Part shown: in pieces, positions 26,949 to 37,107 of the stretch | Layout: every line of letters starts with the position of its first letter | How positions within the stretch are numbered: the first letter of the stretch is position 1 | NCBI GenBank assembly: GCA_963827275.1 | Contig: CAWHAA010000005.1 | Location: forward strand, 160,001-224,000 | Direction of reading: 5' to 3' | DNA from: an uncultured Spirochaetota bacterium | GTDB taxonomy: Bacteria > Spirochaetota > UBA4802 > UBA5550 | Length of the DNA: 64,000 nt | Notes under the pieces: model-generated | What the model was told of the DNA's origin: nothing | What the model saw: the letters and a program-made list of their open reading frames with translations, nothing else | The model's database searches: none | Made by a program: the position numbers and the translations under genes

Positions 26949-29087
26949 CTACCGCCTCCAGACGCACGATACCGTGGCGCCCCCGTCACTGTTGCCGCCT
27001 ATGCGTATCGACGCGCCGATGGCGTTCGCCCGGTACTGCATGATCCTGAGGCCCAGGCCCCTGGCACGCTCGGATTCGGGGGGTATCCCCGTGCCGTCGT
27101 CCCTGATGTCGAGATGGATTTGCCCTTTTTTATTTCTGAGCGTGATGCCGATGTGTTCCGCCCTGCCGTGCTTGATCGCGTTATTCACCGATTCCTGCAC
27201 GATATAATGGAACTGGGTCTCGACGATGCTGTCATTGACGTACAGGTCCGCATCATATTCCAGGGTGCATGAAACAGGAAACATGCCCTCGATTCCCCTG
27301 ACGAGCCGGGCGAGCGCGACAATGATTCCTCCCGAATCCACTTCGACCGGGGAGAGGCCGCGGGAAAGGAGCCGCGTGTGGTCTTTGGCCTCGTTGATGA
27401 GGGCGGACACCGCGCGCGCTTCCTCGGCCTCGGGGAGCGACTTGTTCGCGAGCTTTTTAGCCAGTGACTCGCACAGGAAGCCGGTGCCGGTCAGTATCTG
27501 CCCGAGGTCATCGTGGAGGTCGCGCCCGATCCGCTGCTGCTCCTTCATGCTTATTTCCAGGACCTCGCGCTCGAGGTACTTGCGGTCGGTAATGTCCGTG
27601 AACACGGCGACAAAGCCCGAGAAGCCCCCGCTGTCGCCCGCCAGGGGACGGAGGGACACGATGGTGAAGACCTTTTCACCGGCACCCGTCCGCAGGGCGA
27701 TCTCGTACTGGATCTTCCGCGCGCGTTTCTTGAAAAAGGCCGTATTCCGGAAATTCTCCCGGTCGTCTTCGTCAATATGGTCCATGACCGGGCTGCCGAG
27801 TATCTCCCTCTTCGTCCGGCCCACCATTTCACAGAACCGGTCATTCGCGAACGTCACCTCGCCCCCGTCGCCGACCCGCACCATGCCGTCGCTCATTGTC
27901 TCAACGAGAACGCGGTACTGCTGCTCGCTCCTCCGCAGGGCGCTCTGCGCGAGCTTCCGCACGGTGATATCCTTGAGGACCGCGTGGAGCACCGGCCGGC
28001 CCGCGATCGGGATGGCGGTCACCGATACGTCAACGGGGACCTCCCGCCCGTCAAGGGAGCGGTGCACCCATTCAAAGCTGAGGCTTTCAAGTTCATACAC
28101 GAAGTCGTAGATCTCGGCCGTGCGCTCAAAGCTGTCGGTGCCGTCCGGTTGAGCGGGCGGTGAAAGCTCCTCCATCCTTTTTCCGAGGAGCCGTTCTTTG
28201 CTCCCCGCCCTGAACAGATGAAGGGCCGCGCTGTTGCAGTCGATGATCCTTTTATCCTCCAGCAGCAGCTGTGCGTCAGCCGACTTCTCAAAGAGGTGCC
28301 GGAACTTCTCCTCGCTTTCGCCGAGGGCTATCTCAATCCGCCGCCGCTCGGTAATGTCCTGGCAGATCGACTGGCATTCTATCACCGATCCCTGAATGTC
28401 GCAGATGGCCTGCTCCGTGCACCTGAGCCATCGCTCTCCCCGCGTGGTCTGCAGCGAGTGCTCATAGGTAACGAGCCGGTTCTCACCGGCGAAGGCGGCG
28501 AAACCCGGGACCATCGATTCCCGCACCGCCCCGTGCGCAAGGCCCAGGATGCTCGTCCCGATGATCCGCTCCCTGTCGATATCGAAAAAGTGGCAGAACT
28601 CTTCGTTTGCGTAGGTTATCGTGTTCGTGTCCGGCAGGTACCGGCAGATCATGACCGGCATGTTCTCGACGATGCCGCGGTACAGCTCCTCGCTCCTTTT
28701 AAGCCTTGACTCCATCTTGTGGCGGTACAGCGCGAACTCAACGGCGATATGCAGCTCGCTGACATTAACCGGCTTCAGGAGAAAACCGTATGGGCTGGTC
28801 ATCCGCGCCCTGCCGATCATATCCTCATCGTTATAGGCGGTCAGGAAAATTACCGGCACATCGTACGAGACGGCGATGCTCCCGGCGGCATCGATACCGT
28901 CCCCGGGACCGCTGAGCACAATGTCCATGAGGACAAGGTCGGGGTTTGTTTCCGGGATGGATTTCATGACTTCCTCGAGCGAGGACGCCACGAACGGGAC
29001 GTCATACCCGTATCCCTCGAGCACGGCCTTCATGTACATGCCGGACACGACGTCGTCTTCCACCACCAGTATTCGGGGGCTTCCCAT
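26949..29087 (-). CDS. Hybrid sensor kinase REC-PAS-PAS-PAS-HisKA_3-HATPase
   Basis: N-terminal receiver, three PAS/PAC (DIT.R), RDLHDDLGQ, QESVNNAIKH, DDGTG, GLGL. Confidence 0.93.
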   Translation of the reverse strand: MGSPRILVVEDDVVSGMYMKAVLEGYGYDVPFVASSLEEVMKSIPETNPDLVLMDIVLSGPGDGIDAAGSIAVSYDVPVIFLTAYNDEDMIGRARMTSPYGFLLKPVNVSELHIAVEFALYRHKMESRLKRSEELYRGIVENMPVMICRYLPDTNTITYANEEFCHFFDIDRERIIGTSILGLAHGAVRESMVPGFAAFAGENRLVTYEHSLQTTRGERWLRCTEQAICDIQGSVIECQSICQDITERRRIEIALGESEEKFRHLFEKSADAQLLLEDKRIIDCNSAALHLFRAGSKERLLGKRMEELSPPAQPDGTDSFERTAEIYDFVYELESLSFEWVHRSLDGREVPVDVSVTAIPIAGRPVLHAVLKDITVRKLAQSALRRSEQQYRVLVETMSDGMVRVGDGGEVTFANDRFCEMVGRTKREILGSPVMDHIDEDDRENFRNTAFFKKRARKIQYEIALRTGAGEKVFTIVSLRPLAGDSGGFSGFVAVFTDITDRKYLEREVLEISMKEQQRIGRDLHDDLGQILTGTGFLCESLAKKLANKSLPEAEEARAVSALINEAKDHTRLLSRGLSPVEVDSGGIIVALARLVRGIEGMFPVSCTLEYDADLYVNDSIVETQFHYIVQESVNNAIKHGRAEHIGITLRNKKGQIHLDIRDDGTGIPPESERARGLGLRIMQYRANAIGASIRIGGNSDGGATVSCVWRR

Positions 29088-29237
29088 AGGCTTTCTCCGC
29101 GAGAGTGCTTGGCCGGTCCCATGGTGGACCGGCATCTGAATGAAATCAAGTGTTTTATGAATGCGGGAGACCGCAGTTGGTCCCGTCATCAGGGGAACCG
29201 GGTGTGCCCCCGGTGCAGGGGCGCGCAGTCCGTGTGG

Positions 29238-30392
29238 TCAGATGTGCAGGAAACACCGCTCCAGGGTGGCCATGAGCGCGACGTCGTGCTCGTTTGCCGC
29301 CTCTATCACCAGGGCGTCGTTCAGGGAGCCCGCGGGCCACACCACCGCGGTGACGCCCTCGGCGGCGACCGCATCGATGCTGTCGCGCTGGGGAAAGAAC
29401 GCGTCCGACGACATGACGGCCCCCTTCAGGCTGTGCCCCTTCTTGCCGGCCTTCTCTATGGCCTGTTCCACCGCCCCGATCCGCTCCTGCTCGCCGGTCC
29501 CGACCGCCACCGCGGCGCCGTTCTTCACGAACACGATGCCGTTTGACCGCACATTTATGTTCACATACCAGGCAGTGAGGCAATCGTCCAGCTCCGCGTT
29601 GGTGGGCCTTCTGCGCACGATATAGTCCTTCCCGCCGTTTTTCGCCGGGTCCGCGTTGGGGATCATCGGATCGACGATAAAGTCGGCTGCCGACCTGATC
29701 CGCGTCAGGTACGGCACTTCGACGGTCAGGGACCCGTCCACCAGGTTGCGGAGGTTGTAATACCCTTCCACGTCATCCCCGATGAACTTCGGCATACTGT
29801 CCATGTTGGCGACCCTGGCGACGCGGATCGCATTGTTGAGCTTCTTCGTCCCCTCGTTTTTCCTTAAAACGTCGAGGGCCTCTTCGGTATAATCCGGGGC
29901 GATAATCCCCTCGACAAAACTCTCCATGACCGCCTCCGCGGTGGGCCCGTCCACCGGCCGGTTGAACCCGATGATGGAGCCGAACGCGCTCCGCTCGTCG
30001 CAGTTGCGCGCGATCCGGTAAATCTCCGGCAGCGTTTCGCCTCCGGTCTCCACCTTGAAGCCGCAGGGATTGACATGCTTCATGACGGCGCATGCCGGCC
30101 TGCTGAAGAACTTGAGTATGCTGAGGGCCTGGCTCATGTCCTGGAGGTTGGTGAGCGACAGGCCGTCCTTCCCTCCCTTGACGATGTCCAGGTTGCCCAC
30201 GGAAAGCTTTCTGCCGCCGGCCGGGGCGTAGGCGATGAACGGCTGGTGCGGGTTCGTTCCGTACCTGAGCTGGATCCCGACTTTTTTGAGGGGGATTTTC
30301 TTCTCGCCGATGACCAGCATGGCCTCCGGCGGGAAATCGCTCCTGATCGCCTTTTTGTACGCGTCTTTGAAAGATGAAACATCCGTTGCCAT
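29238..30392 (-). CDS. purH: AICAR transformylase-like PurH lacking the N-terminal IMP cyclohydrolase domain
   Basis: LRYGTNPHQ, KHVNPCG, SAFG, RSNG, SDAFFP, RCFLH; only about 385 aa. Confidence 0.85.
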   Translation of the reverse strand: MATDVSSFKDAYKKAIRSDFPPEAMLVIGEKKIPLKKVGIQLRYGTNPHQPFIAYAPAGGRKLSVGNLDIVKGGKDGLSLTNLQDMSQALSILKFFSRPACAVMKHVNPCGFKVETGGETLPEIYRIARNCDERSAFGSIIGFNRPVDGPTAEAVMESFVEGIIAPDYTEEALDVLRKNEGTKKLNNAIRVARVANMDSMPKFIGDDVEGYYNLRNLVDGSLTVEVPYLTRIRSAADFIVDPMIPNADPAKNGGKDYIVRRRPTNAELDDCLTAWYVNINVRSNGIVFVKNGAAVAVGTGEQERIGAVEQAIEKAGKKGHSLKGAVMSSDAFFPQRDSIDAVAAEGVTAVVWPAGSLNDALVIEAANEHDVALMATLERCFLHI

Positions 30393-30450
30393 GCTGTCTC
30401 TCCCGGCCGATTGATTACTGCTATGCTGAATACGCGGCACCCGGCCGCGC

Positions 30451-31170
30451 CTACTTGTTCCTGTTCTTGATGACGAATTTCATTTTGCCCGCGGCATCCC
30501 GATACACGACCGCGACCGCGACCCTGAAGTCTTCACTGCCTTTCGCCGGGGCCAGCGACTTATAGAAGGCGACCGCCGCTTCCCTGGCGGTGGCGTAGGG
30601 GATATCCATGTCAAGCGGTTCCCCCGCAAACGACGGCAGCGGGTTTGCATTCGCGCCCGTGTATGTCGCCACGAGCTTGCCCTTTCCCGCCGTCTTCGGG
30701 ACCTCGAAGTAGGAGCGAGACACGGTGCCGTCGGCGGCGCGCTTTATTATCGAGAGGGCGGCGCCGTCGGCGACGCACCCGCTGATCCGCGGCGTGTAAT
30801 TCGGGTCGTCCGGCTCAAAGTCCCACGATCCCAGCGCATTGCCCAGTGCCGCGACCGCTGACACGCCCTTCTTGAACTGGGGCAGGATGTCGGAAGTCTG
30901 CTTGCCGTTGCTGACCGCGATCCACTTGAAACGACCCACCTGGATCGACGGGTAGATCAGCAGGTCGGGGTTTCCCGACTGCAGGGTCTTCTCGTCGGTG
31001 GGCTTCACGAAAACGTTTTTCTTTTCCTTTTCAAACCGGCGCGCCTGGCTCGAGGCGCTCCGCCCCGTAATGGCATACATGACAACGTCGTCGCCCGCGG
31101 GGCTCTTGCCGATGATGATGATCCGTCCGGGATATTCCATCTTTTCCAGCACTTCGAATCCTTTTTCCAT
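30451..31170 (-). CDS. IMP cyclohydrolase-like protein (PurO type)
   Basis: YPGR, GRSASS..R, LLIY, SNGKQT, FEPDDPNYTPRISG. Confidence 0.85.
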   Translation of the reverse strand: MEKGFEVLEKMEYPGRIIIIGKSPAGDDVVMYAITGRSASSQARRFEKEKKNVFVKPTDEKTLQSGNPDLLIYPSIQVGRFKWIAVSNGKQTSDILPQFKKGVSAVAALGNALGSWDFEPDDPNYTPRISGCVADGAALSIIKRAADGTVSRSYFEVPKTAGKGKLVATYTGANANPLPSFAGEPLDMDIPYATAREAAVAFYKSLAPAKGSEDFRVAVAVVYRDAAGKMKFVIKNRNK

Positions 31171-31173
31171 ACA

Positions 31174-31791
31174 TCACTCCTTATCCAGAATTCTTACGCG
31201 TCTCCCCTCAATCTTCAGTCTCCCCTCGCAATACAGCTTTATCGCTTCCGGGAGCACGCGGTGTTCTATCGCAAGCCCCCGTTCCTTGAAGCGTTCAAAT
31301 GTGTCGTCGTTTTCTATTGGATTGACTCCCTGGAGGATGATCGGCCCCGTGTCGCACCCCTCGTCGACAAAATGGACCGTGCAGCCGCTCACCTTCACGC
31401 CGTATTTCCACGCATCGCCGTATCCGTCGGTCCCGGGAAAGCTGGGAAGGAGCGCGGGATGGATATTGATGATACGGTCCCGGTAACGGCTGATGATGTG
31501 GTGCGTGAGGAGCCGCATGTAGCCCGCGAGGACGATCAGCTCGACTTCGTACCTGTTCAGCACATCGATGATGGCGTCCTCGTGGCCCTCGCGCAGCGAG
31601 AACCCCTTGCGGTCAACGAAAACAGCGGGGATGCCATGCTTCCTCGCGCGCTCAAGGCCCTGCGCCTTCTCCCTGTCGGAAATGACGCAGGCGACATTGA
31701 CCGGCAGCTCGCCGGACTCCGCCTTGTCGATAATCGACTGTAAATTCGTCCCCGACCCGGAAATCAGCACGCCGATGTTTGTCTTTTTCAT
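31174..31791 (-). CDS. purN: Phosphoribosylglycinamide formyltransferase
   Basis: ISGSGTNLQ, LAGYMR, NIHPALLP, GCTVHFVD..D.GPII. Confidence 0.96.
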   Translation of the reverse strand: MKKTNIGVLISGSGTNLQSIIDKAESGELPVNVACVISDREKAQGLERARKHGIPAVFVDRKGFSLREGHEDAIIDVLNRYEVELIVLAGYMRLLTHHIISRYRDRIINIHPALLPSFPGTDGYGDAWKYGVKVSGCTVHFVDEGCDTGPIILQGVNPIENDDTFERFKERGLAIEHRVLPEAIKLYCEGRLKIEGRRVRILDKE

Positions 31792-31933
31792 ACCTTGCTC
31801 TGCCGAATGTTTGCTCTATCACTCCGGCCCGAAGCCGCCGGTCGATCAATAAGGGAACGGACACCCGCCCCTGCGGGAATTGCACTGATAATATAAGATT
31901 ATTATGTCCCCCAAGCCTTCTGTCAAGATTAAT

Positions 31934-32488
31934 TCACTCGATTAGCTTTAAAAATTCCTCCCTGGTCCGGATGTCGCTCCGGAAGATGCCCCGCACCACC
32001 GACGTGACGGTGCTGGCGCCCGGCTTCCTGACGCCCCGCATCTCCATGCACAGGTGACGGGCCTTCACCACCACGCCTACGCCCTTGGGCCTGACATGGG
32101 TCATGATCGCGTCCGCGATCTCCGTCGTGAAATGCTCCTGTATCTGGAGCTTCCTGCTGAACACGTCTACGATACGGGCCAGCTTGCTGATACCGACGAT
32201 CCGCCTGTTGTCCGGCAGATAGGCGATATGGCATACGCCGAAAAAAGGCAGCATGTGGTGCTCGCACATCGAGTAGAAATGGATGTCCTTGACCAGCACC
32301 ATCTCGTCATGGTCAAGCTCGTGCGCCTTGCCGAGGATCTCGGCAACGTCCTGCCGGTCCCCGCCGAAGATGTCCTGGTACATGCGCGCCACGCGGTCCG
32401 GGGTCCCCTGCAGGCCGGGACGGCCCGGGTCCTCGCCGATGGCTTCAAGCATCTCTGTCACGGCTTTTCTTATTCTTTCAGCATCCAC
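31934..32488 (-). CDS. folE: GTP cyclohydrolase I
   Basis: TPDRVAR, SMCEHHMLPF, GISKLAR, HLCMEMRGV; GTG start with GAGGAGG RBS. Confidence 0.95.
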   Translation of the reverse strand: MDAERIRKAVTEMLEAIGEDPGRPGLQGTPDRVARMYQDIFGGDRQDVAEILGKAHELDHDEMVLVKDIHFYSMCEHHMLPFFGVCHIAYLPDNRRIVGISKLARIVDVFSRKLQIQEHFTTEIADAIMTHVRPKGVGVVVKARHLCMEMRGVRKPGASTVTSVVRGIFRSDIRTREEFLKLIE

Positions 32489-32705
32489 CTTGTATTCCTC
32501 CTCGCGCGGCAGGTGAGCGCCCGCGCCGACGCTGCCTGTTCTGTTCTCACGTCGCATTCTGTAATGAACGATCTATTTTACAATAAAAAAAAGCAACACC
32601 GCCGCATGAATTTTCATCCCGCTTCCCAAAAATGTCTTGATTTTCATGAAACCATCGGGGCAATTTTATTCATAAACAGGGCACTATAACACGGCAGGGA
32701 TAAAC

Positions 32706-33221
32706 GTGGCCAGACATCCGTCAGACGGCAAAATACAGAAGGTGTTCATCGGCAACCACCTCGAGGAGGCGGAAGACGCAACGCGGCATGTCACCAAAAA
32801 CCTCTCGAAGTTCATTTCGACGAAGACCGTCAATCTTGCCCGTATAGCCCTGCGCGAGATAATCATCAACGCGATCGAGCACGGGAACCTGGAGATCTCC
32901 TACAACGAAAAGACCGACGCGATCATGGGCGACAGGTATTTCGAGCTGATCGCGAGCCGCTGCGAGGACCCCAGGTACCGCGACCGTCGCGTCTGCATCG
33001 AATGTGCGATCGACGAAAAAAAGGCCGTTTATACCATCACGGACCAGGGGAAGGGCTTTGACCACGCACGTGTTGTCCGGGGCAACTCCAGCAGGGCAAA
33101 CCGGGAGATGCACGCCCACGGGCGGGGCATCTCCATGGCGAGAAACATCTTCAATTCGGTAAAATACAATAAAAAGGGCAACCGCGTCACCCTCGTGAAA
33201 AAATTCAGTCCGCAGTCCTGA
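32706..33221 (+). CDS. Anti-sigma-factor-type Ser/Thr kinase (HATPase_c_2)
   Basis: EIIINAIEHGN, ITDQGKGFD, GRGI, YNKKGNRVTL. Confidence 0.85.
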   Translation: MARHPSDGKIQKVFIGNHLEEAEDATRHVTKNLSKFISTKTVNLARIALREIIINAIEHGNLEISYNEKTDAIMGDRYFELIASRCEDPRYRDRRVCIECAIDEKKAVYTITDQGKGFDHARVVRGNSSRANREMHAHGRGISMARNIFNSVKYNKKGNRVTLVKKFSPQS

Positions 33222-33299
33222 TTTTTTTGCCTGTCCACGCCGCCCGTTCGTATCCCCTTCATGCAGGGCGGCTGATACTCACTACCGGCGGGAGGACCA

Positions 33300-33995
33300 A
33301 TGAAAAACAGAGCTGTCATATTGTTGAGCGGCGGGATAGACTCCGCGACCGCGGCGGCGATCGCGATCGACCGTGGCTTTGACCTGAGCGCCCTCACCTT
33401 CTCGTACGGCCAGAAGCACGGCATAGAGGTGCTGCGCGCGAAGCGACTGGCCGAATTTTTCGGCATCGCCGACCATGCGGTGATCGAAATACCGACGGGC
33501 ATCTTCAGGTCGGCGCTCACCACCGGCTCCATCGCGGTGCCAAAAAACAGGGACAACCTCGCGGATGAAATCCCGGACACCTACGTGCCCGCGCGAAACA
33601 TCCTCTTTCTCTCCTACGCCCTGGCGCTGGCAGAATCGATCGGCGCGCGCCACATATTCATCGGGGCCACGGCCGTCGATTACAGCGGCTATCCCGACTG
33701 CAGGCCCGAGTTCTTCCGGGCCTTCAAGGAGATGGCGGACTGCGGCACGAAAGCCGGCGTCAGCGGCAGCGGATGTATCATCGAGACACCCCTCATCGAC
33801 ATGAGCAAAGCGGCAATCATACGCACCGGCGCCGGCCTCGGCGTGGATTATTCCCTCACGCACAGCTGCTACGACCCCGACCCTGACGGGTCCGCGTGCG
33901 GCGCCTGTGACAGCTGCAGTATCAGGATCAGGGGATTCAGGGAAGCCGGGATACCGGATCCGACGCGCTACCGGCGCGGGAGCGCAGACCGTTGA
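33300..33995 (+). CDS. queC: 7-cyano-7-deazaguanine synthase
   Basis: LSGGIDS, YVPARN, YPDCRPEF, SCY..CGACDSC. Confidence 0.96.
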   Translation: MKNRAVILLSGGIDSATAAAIAIDRGFDLSALTFSYGQKHGIEVLRAKRLAEFFGIADHAVIEIPTGIFRSALTTGSIAVPKNRDNLADEIPDTYVPARNILFLSYALALAESIGARHIFIGATAVDYSGYPDCRPEFFRAFKEMADCGTKAGVSGSGCIIETPLIDMSKAAIIRTGAGLGVDYSLTHSCYDPDPDGSACGACDSCSIRIRGFREAGIPDPTRYRRGSADR

Positions 33996-34696
33996 CCGGC
34001 CTGCTTGTCGATACGCTCTTCCCCTCCCGCTGCGCCGGGTGCGGGAGTCCCGTGAGGTCGGCAGACCGCCACCTCTGCCGGTCATGCTATGAGCGCATTG
34101 CCTATTGCGGCGACTGCTGCCCCGTCTGTTCCGGCCCCCTCGCAGGCGGGTCCTGCGTGACCTGCCCTGACCGCCACTGGTTTTTCAAGAAGCACGTCGC
34201 CGTCGCTGAATACGACGGAACCATCCGGAGCGTGCTCCACGGCCTTAAATTCCAGCGGATACGCGACCTTCATGTCGTATGCGGCTCCATCGCGCTGAAA
34301 AAACTCTCCGCAAGCGGGATACGGACCGATTACATCACCTGGGTCCCCATGAACGCCAGGAAAAAATGGGAGCGCGGATTCAACCAGGCGGAGCTGGTGG
34401 CGCGCCACCTGTCGCGAAAGACCGGAACACCCTGCCGCGGGTTCCTGGTAGAGCGGAGGGGTACACGCACCCAACGGGTGCTGGGCCTCAACGACAGGTT
34501 CATCAATGCCCTCGACCGGTATGCCGCCCGGGGGACGAGTACCCTTTCCGGCAGGAGCGTCCTGCTGGTTGATGACATCTTTACCACCGGGGCCACCATC
34601 AACGAATGCGCCCGCCAGCTCCATTCTGCCGGAGCGGGCGATATATTTTCCCTGACCATTGCCCGTGCCGATATAAAAAGACTTGAAAAGATATGA
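33992..34696 (+). CDS. comF: ComF-family double zinc-ribbon phosphoribosyltransferase
   Basis: CxxC pairs, RGFNQA, LVDDIFTTGAT. Confidence 0.9.
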   Translation: MTGLLVDTLFPSRCAGCGSPVRSADRHLCRSCYERIAYCGDCCPVCSGPLAGGSCVTCPDRHWFFKKHVAVAEYDGTIRSVLHGLKFQRIRDLHVVCGSIALKKLSASGIRTDYITWVPMNARKKWERGFNQAELVARHLSRKTGTPCRGFLVERRGTRTQRVLGLNDRFINALDRYAARGTSTLSGRSVLLVDDIFTTGATINECARQLHSAGAGDIFSLTIARADIKRLEKI

Positions 34697-34780
34697 TTTT
34701 AACCCCAAAATGGGTCTTGCAATCAATATTGTTATTGACCCCTGCACAATACCGGGCTATATATGATATCTTCTGGAAAT

Positions 34781-34807
34781 AAAAGCCGCTGACAGGCGGT
34801 TTTTTTG
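34781..34807 (+). terminator. Intrinsic terminator
   Basis: AAAAGCCGC-TGACAG-GCGGTTTTTTT. Confidence 0.7.
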
Positions 34808-34940
34808 CCGGACGTTCGTGGACAAGGGGACATTCCCCCTGGTACGATCATATCGCAGCAGGAAAAATTCCGGGACGTTTCAGGATAGTTAACCGTATAC
34901 TATTCCCGATAACCACTACCACAGCGCATGGAGTACGGAT

Positions 34941-35270
34941 ATGAAGAGAAAGTCGACTGATACTGTTGAAATAATCATCCTGGACGGCCGGATCGACCAG
35001 GATGGCTCGGAAGAGCTCGAAGGACTCCTCCAGGACTGCCTGGACAAGGGCAAAAACAACATATGCATCGACCTGATGGACGTAAAGCATATATGCAGCT
35101 CGGCCCTGGGCGTGCTTGTCGCCATCAAAAGAAGGATCAAGGACAATGAAGGGGACATCAAGCTCGTCATAGTGAATGACAACCTGCTGCGGCTTTTCGA
35201 GACTACCATGCTGGACAAGGTCTTCGAGATATACGAATCACAGCGCGAATGCCTCTCCACCTTTGACTGA
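34941..35270 (+). CDS. STAS-domain anti-sigma factor antagonist
   Basis: LDGRID, DLMDVKHICSSALGVL, FETTMLDKVF. Confidence 0.9.
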   Translation: MKRKSTDTVEIIILDGRIDQDGSEELEGLLQDCLDKGKNNICIDLMDVKHICSSALGVLVAIKRRIKDNEGDIKLVIVNDNLLRLFETTMLDKVFEIYESQRECLSTFD

Positions 35271-35283
35271 CAGCGGCGCGCCC

Positions 35284-36260
35284 ATGGGCAAAGACCTGAA
35301 AACCATACTCGCGCCGCTCGACCGGCATCTCAGGGATGTTGACCGCGAAATTGAAATGGCCCTGAAGACCGGGGTGCCGATCATTGACGCGAGCTCTCTC
35401 CACCTGTTCCTGAGCGGCGGCAAGCGCATCCGGGCGTCACTGGTCATTCTCACCAGCGGCCTGCAGGTCAGAGATCCCCGACGGCATCATCAAGCTCGCC
35501 GCCGCGACCGAAATTGTGCACGCCGCGTCCCTCATACACGACGACATCATCGACCAGTCGATGTTCCGCCGCGGCAATGTCACCGTCCCGCAGAAATGGG
35601 GCAACAAGGTCTCGGTGCTCGCGGGCGATTTCATGTATTCCGTCGCCCTCAACCTGGCGATCAGCGACGGGAACCCGGCCATCTTCCCCCTCATGGTGAA
35701 CGGCACGAAGGACATGGTCATGGGCGAGCTGTGCCAGCTCGAGTACGCCGATATCACGACCGCGTCGCGCGAACATTACTTGACCATCATCGAGCTCAAG
35801 ACCGCGCGCTTCATGGGCTCCTGCGCAAAGCTCGGCGCTACCAAGTCGGGCCTCGACAGGGCGGAGACGGAGCAACTCTACCGCTTCGGCCTCAACCTGG
35901 GATTTGCGTTCCAGATCATCGATGACACCCTGGACATCATGCAGAATGCCGACCATATCGGCAAGGACGCGGGGAGCGATTTCAAGGACGGCAAAATCAC
36001 ACTCCCCTTCCTCTACCTCATCGAGACCGGCGGCCCCGAGGCGCTGAAAACACTGAAGCGGTACATCGCCGGGCCCGAACCGGCGCTGTGGCAGTCGATA
36101 GTCAGGCAGCCTCGCCGATTCCGGCGCCATAGACTACTCGGTGCGATTTGCGGGCGCATACATCAATCAGGCCCGGGAAATCCTCGGGCAATTCCCCGAT
36201 TCACAATCCAGGAAAATCCTCTTCGAGCTGTCCGATTTTCTCCTGGACCGGACCTATTGA
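35284..36260 (+). CDS. Polyprenyl diphosphate synthase (IspB/HepT-like), two apparent +1 frameshifts
   Basis: GGKRIR, HAASLIHDDIID..RRG, VLAGD, KTA, AFQIIDD..D, GKITLP; shifts near 35470 and 36110. Confidence 0.88.
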
Positions 36261-36403
36261 TCGTACAGGCCTGGCGGGAGTCATCCCGCCGATAAAAAAC
36301 ATCGCGTATTCAAACATATAATTTTTATAAATTTCAGTTGTAATTATTTGTACTCAAATTATACTTGAATCACGTGTTGAGTACCCGGCAGCGGAGAGGC
36401 GCT

Positions 36404-36626
36404 ATGATCACGAAAGAGAAAGAGGAACTTCTCAAGTATCTACAACCTCGGGCTTACCGCATACAAGCAGAGAAAGTGGGACGAGTCCATCAGGGCCTTT
36501 CAGAAAGCGCTCGAAATCGACCCGAAAGACGGACCTTCCGGCGAGTACCTGAAACGCTGCCGCGATTTCAAGGAGACCCCTCCCCCGAAAAACTGGGACG
36601 GCGTCTACGTGATGAAGACAAAATAG
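36404..36626 (+). CDS. Small TPR-like protein, one apparent +1 frameshift
   Basis: Corrected: MITKEKEELLKYYNLGLTAYKQRKWDESIRAFQKALEIDPKDGPSGEYLKRC..PPPKNWDGVYVMKTK. Confidence 0.75.
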
Positions 36627-36644
36627 CATACGGCGGACGGCATA

Positions 36645-37106
36645 ATGACTAAAAAAGTTATCCAGATAAACAAGAACCCGGTTTACGATGACGGGATGGT
36701 GACCACGGTATTCAGCAAGGACACCGAATTCTTCGGCGATCTTTCTTTTAAGAAGTCGCTCCAGATAAACGGCTACTTTGAAGGCGAGATCGTATCCGGC
36801 GGCTTTCTGGTCGTCGGCGAGGGGGCCGTGGTGAAAGCGAATATCCGCGCCAAGACGGTCATCCTCATGGGCACGGTGCATGGCAATATCGAGGCGTCCC
36901 AGCGCCTCGAAATACATTCATCCGGCAAACTCTACGGGAACATCAGGACCGCCAAGCTCCAGATCGCGGACGGCGTGGTGTTCGAGGGCACCTGCGAGAT
37001 GATCAAGGGCGACGCGAAAAAACAGGACAAGGAAGAGGACGAGAAAGAGGGCGCGGGGTCCCGGCAAAGGAGCAGCCGCGCAATCCTGACACCCGGGCAT
37101 GCCTGA
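36645..37106 (+). CDS. Bactofilin (polymer-forming cytoskeletal protein)
   Basis: GDLSF..LQING.FEGEI..VGEGAVVKANI..GTVHGNI..GVVFEG.C. Confidence 0.9.
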   Translation: MTKKVIQINKNPVYDDGMVTTVFSKDTEFFGDLSFKKSLQINGYFEGEIVSGGFLVVGEGAVVKANIRAKTVILMGTVHGNIEASQRLEIHSSGKLYGNIRTAKLQIADGVVFEGTCEMIKGDAKKQDKEEDEKEGAGSRQRSSRAILTPGHA

Positions 37107-37107
37107 C

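Noticed and set aside
31795..31930. ZTP (pfl) riboswitch before purN-purH
   Set aside because: Conserved GACUGGCG and CGCCUGGGC elements were not found
33222..33299. preQ1 riboswitch before queC
   Set aside because: No preQ1-like hairpin with an A-rich tail
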